Shown here in pieces: positions 60,390 to 64,000 of a stretch of 64,000 bases of DNA (positions are counted from its first letter, which is position 1; each line of letters starts with the position of its first letter). The notes beneath the pieces were generated by a model, which was not told where the DNA came from, made no database searches, and saw only the letters and a program-made list of their open reading frames with translations. The translations under genes were made by a program, and so were the position numbers. Origin of the DNA: Nanobdellota archaeon (lineage in GTDB: Archaea; Nanobdellota; Nanobdellia; Parvarchaeales; Parvarchaeaceae); contig JAJZIX010000003.1 in assembly GCA_021810345.1 (NCBI GenBank), positions 1,111 to 65,110 on the forward strand, given 5' to 3'.

Positions 60390-60896
60390 ATGGAATTAAA
60401 TAAGCAGACAGATGATTTTCCAGAAAGCTTCTATGCAATGGTTGAAATCCCAGCTGGCAGCAATTGCAAATATGAATACAAAGAGGACATGGAGGCGATA
60501 GTGCTTGACAGGGTCCTTTTCACCTCTATGGTCTATCCAGTCAATTACGGGTTTATACTGCAGACGAAGGGCAAGGACGGAGACCCTCTCGATGTCCTAG
60601 TTGTGTCCTCAGTTTCTATATCTCCAGGGATTTTGGTCAAATGCAGAGCAATTGGCATAGCAGAGATGAGTGATGAAGAAGGCGAAGACAATAAAGTCAT
60701 TGCCGTGCCAATAGACAAAGTGGATCCTGCCTCATCGGCAATCAAGACGTCCGATGACCTTACTCCCTACTTTAAGGACAAAATAAAACATTTCTTCGAG
60801 CACTACAAGGAACTTGAGAAGGGCAAATTCATGAAGTTCCACGGCTTTAAAGGGAAAGATGAAGCCCTCAAACAGATAAAGGAAGCCAGAGTTTAA
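60390..60896 (+). CDS. ppa: inorganic pyrophosphatase (family I)
   Basis: VEIPAGS..KYE, LDRVL, YPVNYG, DGDPLDVLV, DEEGEDNK, FFEHYKELE. Confidence 0.97.
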   Translation: MELNKQTDDFPESFYAMVEIPAGSNCKYEYKEDMEAIVLDRVLFTSMVYPVNYGFILQTKGKDGDPLDVLVVSSVSISPGILVKCRAIGIAEMSDEEGEDNKVIAVPIDKVDPASSAIKTSDDLTPYFKDKIKHFFEHYKELEKGKFMKFHGFKGKDEALKQIKEARV

Positions 60897-60920
60897 CCAT
60901 TCTACTTCTGACTTGCACAA

Positions 60921-61361
60921 TCAGAAGTTGGAGCCTTCATTCTTGATGATTTTGGCCATGTCAATTACTGCGTCCTTAAGGTAGCCTCTTGCGATAGAGT
61001 CCTCTAAAACATCAATTGCGTTAAACTCATTTTTCCTTAGACCGCCTACCGACGCGAGCAGCCCCATAACCCCTGCAAGTGTCACGTACGGTAGATATGC
61101 GCCCAAAGCCGGGGCGTTATTGAATGCAATGTAATAACCGAGCATGGACGACGCAACGGCCGCAGTCAAAATACTATATTTCTTTGATGACTTGTCTTTG
61201 CCCGGGTTGTTTTGCAGATAGCGATTTTGCAGGTTTCTGAAAAGCCTTCTGTTTGCATCACTGCTCTCCTGGATATAGTTGACTACATTCTTGAGACTCT
61301 CATCTTTGCCTATGCTCTCCAGCTGCTCGTTAAACTTATCCAAAACTTCTTCTAATGACAT
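60921..61361 (-). CDS. hypothetical protein with hydrophobic hairpin (paralog of 61427-61876)
   Basis: Soluble helical N-terminus then two Gly/Ala-rich hydrophobic helices; VVNYIQESSDA matches IVNYMEENSNA in the neighbour. Confidence 0.7.
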   Translation of the reverse strand: MSLEEVLDKFNEQLESIGKDESLKNVVNYIQESSDANRRLFRNLQNRYLQNNPGKDKSSKKYSILTAAVASSMLGYYIAFNNAPALGAYLPYVTLAGVMGLLASVGGLRKNEFNAIDVLEDSIARGYLKDAVIDMAKIIKNEGSNF

Positions 61362-61426
61362 AAAATTAGATGAATATAACTAGTATATAAAGTTTTTCAC
61401 CCCTTTAAAGTCATTTTAAACTCTAT

Positions 61427-61876
61427 TTAAATATTTGTATTTTTATAGAACTTTAATAACCTTTCCTTCAGATTATCATTGGATAATATATAGGCAACTG
61501 CATCACGTATATAATTTTCCCTCCTTCTATCTATCAACTTGTCCACTCCCCAGAATGACAACATGGACAGGGTTATTGAACCGAGTGTCCCCAACAGTGA
61601 CAAGCCGCCTTGAATCACGTATGCACCAGCCAAAGAACCGAAGTAAACGCCAGTCGGCACGAAATAGATACGCCTGTTGGCATAAGCACGTAAACCCTTC
61701 TTCGCAGCATCGTAGGAGCTCTTTGTATATACACGTCCAAGATATGAGAGAAAGGATCTCATGGCATTTGAGTTTTCTTCCATGTAATTGACAATTGGCA
61801 GCATCTTCTCATCTTCTTTCAATCTGTCTAACCCTTTGTTAAGATCGCCTATGATGTTATCCAGTGTACTCTTCAT
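61427..61876 (-). CDS. hypothetical protein with hydrophobic hairpin (paralog of 60921-61361)
   Basis: Same architecture; both carry a Y(L/I)(K/R)DAV motif near the C-terminus. Confidence 0.7.
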   Translation of the reverse strand: MKSTLDNIIGDLNKGLDRLKEDEKMLPIVNYMEENSNAMRSFLSYLGRVYTKSSYDAAKKGLRAYANRRIYFVPTGVYFGSLAGAYVIQGGLSLLGTLGSITLSMLSFWGVDKLIDRRRENYIRDAVAYILSNDNLKERLLKFYKNTNI

Positions 61877-61959
61877 AAATATATTAATCCAAATTAGAAT
61901 TTAAGTTTTTTGCAGTCGGAAAAACGTTAAATAGATTGGGTGCAATCATGTCAATTATC

Positions 61960-62032
61960 AGCCCCGTAGTCTAGTGGTCAAGGATAGCGCGCTCTGGACG
62001 CGTTGACATCGGTTCAAATCCGATCGGGGCTA
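61960..62032 (+). tRNA. tRNA-Gln(CTG)
   Basis: AGCCCCG/CGGGGCT acceptor stem, GCGCG-CTCTGGA-CGCGT anticodon arm, ATCGG-TTCAAAT-CCGAT T arm; followed by a T-run. Confidence 0.95.
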
Positions 62033-62052
62033 CTTTTTATAAGAGATAATGT

Positions 62053-62619
62053 ATGATAGAAATAGAGTTAAAATTCAAGATAGAGGAAAACCAAATAAAT
62101 TCTATCTTGGAAAATCTACAAAGAATAGGATTCTCATTTGGTCATAGTAGATTTTATGAAAAAACAGTAATGTTTGATAATAAAGACAAGATAATGCAAA
62201 AAACAGATGGTAGGATAAGACTAAGAAGCTCAGGAGATTTGATTGAACTGGGGTACAAAAAACCTTTGACTAGGGAAGGTATAAAAAAAGAGATTGAATA
62301 TGAGGTTTCCGTTTCTGATTTTGAACTCACGGAGAAGATTCTTAAAGAAATGGGGTTCTACCCGACCACTAGTTATGAGAGGTATAGGACGCTATTAATA
62401 GATAATAATAAAACTAAGGTTACAATCGATGAATACCCCTTCGCAGTATTTATTGAGATTGAGGGAGAAGAAAATAAAATAATTGAAATCGCTTCGAAAC
62501 TTGATCTTAATCTAAAGAAAAATCTTACTGCTGCATGCGATACTCTCTTCCAGCAATGGAGAAAAGAAAGAGGTTTACCTTTTAAACCGCATATGAGATT
62601 TGAAGACTATGATAAATGA
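62053..62619 (+). CDS. CYTH-domain protein (class IV adenylate cyclase/triphosphatase fold)
   Basis: EIELKF (ExExK), RIRLR, YKKP, EIEYE, YERYR, TIDEYP..FIEIEG. Confidence 0.9.
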   Translation: MIEIELKFKIEENQINSILENLQRIGFSFGHSRFYEKTVMFDNKDKIMQKTDGRIRLRSSGDLIELGYKKPLTREGIKKEIEYEVSVSDFELTEKILKEMGFYPTTSYERYRTLLIDNNKTKVTIDEYPFAVFIEIEGEENKIIEIASKLDLNLKKNLTAACDTLFQQWRKERGLPFKPHMRFEDYDK

Positions 62620-62623
62620 TAAG

Positions 62624-63427
62624 TCAGGGGTTTATCTTGTAATGCTTTATTCCGAGAATCCCATTATTATAAGATAGCTTAGATATGTAAAAACTATCCC
62701 TGTACTTTACGAGTATGCCTTCATCATCTGACACCAGCATTACACCTTCGTTGCCAAAGTTTATAAGATCTCCCTTATTTCTATTTCTTAGTTCACGCGC
62801 TATGTGCTCATAACTCAGCCCAGAACCACTTAGATTTATTAATGTAATCGGCTCATTTCCATTTTTTCTGTTAGACAATTCCGTGTAAACCTCATCAATA
62901 AGCTTGCTCTTGCTAGATCTTTCTTTCATTTCTGAAAACATCGGAAAATCTTCTAGTTTTCCATCAGAATACACTGTAGTTGGCAGGTAGCCTCCTACCT
63001 CGCGTGATAGCAGGGCAAATGATAGCCCATGATCTACATCTAATGAGCACGTTGCAGCAATTATCGGATCTGCGCAGCTACGCTCAAACAATCCCGATGT
63101 GCTGTTTATCTTATGAGCTATTTCGTGCATTATGAGCTTTCTTGCGTTTTCCTCTACTTTTATTACATCTTCGCGCGGCAATGGAACTTCGATATGCTTG
63201 TTACTTTTCCCAGAAGCAACACTATAAGTTTTCTTAAGTATACCGCGCGTTATATAGAATTTGTTCTCTTCCGGGACCCAATATGCTATATGTGATTTAT
63301 TCTTCTCTATTATTATGAAGTCTTCGCTTTTGATGTCGGAATGGGCTAGTAACCCATACTTATCATTGACCTTTAGGGAATCGATAAAATCACCAAGAAT
63401 CTTATCAAGCGTGTCACGGACCCTCAT
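62624..63427 (-). CDS. hypothetical protein with HExxH motif (possible zincin)
   Basis: KLIMHEIAHKI followed by E (LFERSCAD). Confidence 0.55.
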   Translation of the reverse strand: MRVRDTLDKILGDFIDSLKVNDKYGLLAHSDIKSEDFIIIEKNKSHIAYWVPEENKFYITRGILKKTYSVASGKSNKHIEVPLPREDVIKVEENARKLIMHEIAHKINSTSGLFERSCADPIIAATCSLDVDHGLSFALLSREVGGYLPTTVYSDGKLEDFPMFSEMKERSSKSKLIDEVYTELSNRKNGNEPITLINLSGSGLSYEHIARELRNRNKGDLINFGNEGVMLVSDDEGILVKYRDSFYISKLSYNNGILGIKHYKINP

Positions 63428-63592
63428 AACATTATGTATGAGGCAGTGGTATTATTAAAATGTAACATTCTATTGCTTGTTTCTTCAATACAACGAATAT
63501 GGCAGCTAACAACACAAAATTATACTTTTAGATCCCACTCTGCTAGCAACTTATTTATACAGATAGGTAATCATTTATAGATAAAAGGCAGT

Positions 63593-64000
63593 ATGAATCG
63601 ACCCCTACATAACCACGAAGAGAACATCGGCTTTTCTACAAGCTACATGGACCTCTCAAAGGATCCATTCAGCGATTTTTACACATACTCCGCGGGCAGA
63701 TGGATAGAAGAACACCCCGTGCCGCCGGACAAATCACGCTTTGGCTCATTCAACCAACTTGAGGACAAGAATGACGAGATCCTTAGAGAAATTGCTGAGG
63801 CCAGCTCAGGCAAAAGAAGTGGTGTAGAGAGGATGGTAAATGATATGTATGCCTCTTTCATGGACACAAAAACCATTGAAAACCTTAGGTTCAAACCGAT
63901 AGAAAACCTGATGAATGAGGCCGACCAGATCAAAGATCTGCAAGATCTTAACAGTTACATACAGAAAACAGGAAAGATAGGGATAAATCTTTTGTTCGAT
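63593..64000 (+). CDS. M13 family metalloendopeptidase (PepO/neprilysin-like), runs off the window edge
   Basis: My translation: MNRPLH...YMDLSKDPFSDFYTYSAGRWIEEHPVPPDKSRFGSFNQL...MYASFMDTKTIE, the M13 N-terminal signature. Confidence 0.9.
   Translation, partial: MNRPLHNHEENIGFSTSYMDLSKDPFSDFYTYSAGRWIEEHPVPPDKSRFGSFNQLEDKNDEILREIAEASSGKRSGVERMVNDMYASFMDTKTIENLRFKPIENLMNEADQIKDLQDLNSYIQKTGKIGINLLFD

Noticed and set aside
1-64000. CRISPR array, diversity-generating retroelement or intact IS element
   Set aside because: I saw no regularly spaced repeats, reverse transcriptase, TR/VR pair or transposase. A by-eye scan could miss a short diverged pair.

Overview
Window from a small, probably acidophilic DPANN archaeon. 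Parvarchaeales (ARMAN-4/5-like) is the best guess and Micrarchaeota is possible; this is inferred from gene content, not from a database search. Housekeeping content: the membrane-arm genes nuoJKLM, rps8e, an MMPL/methyltransferase/rtcB/archease/thiI operon, three alkylation/oxidation repair genes, RIO kinase, LonB, a PRC-barrel protein, ADP-forming acetate-CoA ligase, a complete Thermoplasmatales-order A/V-ATPase operon (K-E-C-F-A-B-D-H-I), DNA ligase, MCM, aIF2beta, aIF1A, rpoD, several ribosomal proteins and ppa. RNA genes: three tRNAs (Ser-TGA, Met-CAT, Gln-CTG) and an unlinked, divergent 5S rRNA. The main accessory feature is a ~16 kb operon-like cluster (19898-36144, minus strand) of four large proteins with class III (pilin-type) or similar N-termini plus a 2943-aa surface protein. 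Further pilin-like genes follow core ribosomal/RNA polymerase operons. Six orphan genes share an N-terminal L-[DE]-x-x-[LI] motif. Together these suggest, as inference only, a host-contact or delivery apparatus with possible cargo. Other oddities: an MthK-like RCK channel with no GYG filter but an internal SD+ATG, a 24-bp direct repeat bracketing an orphan gene, and a tRNA(CAU) with G37.
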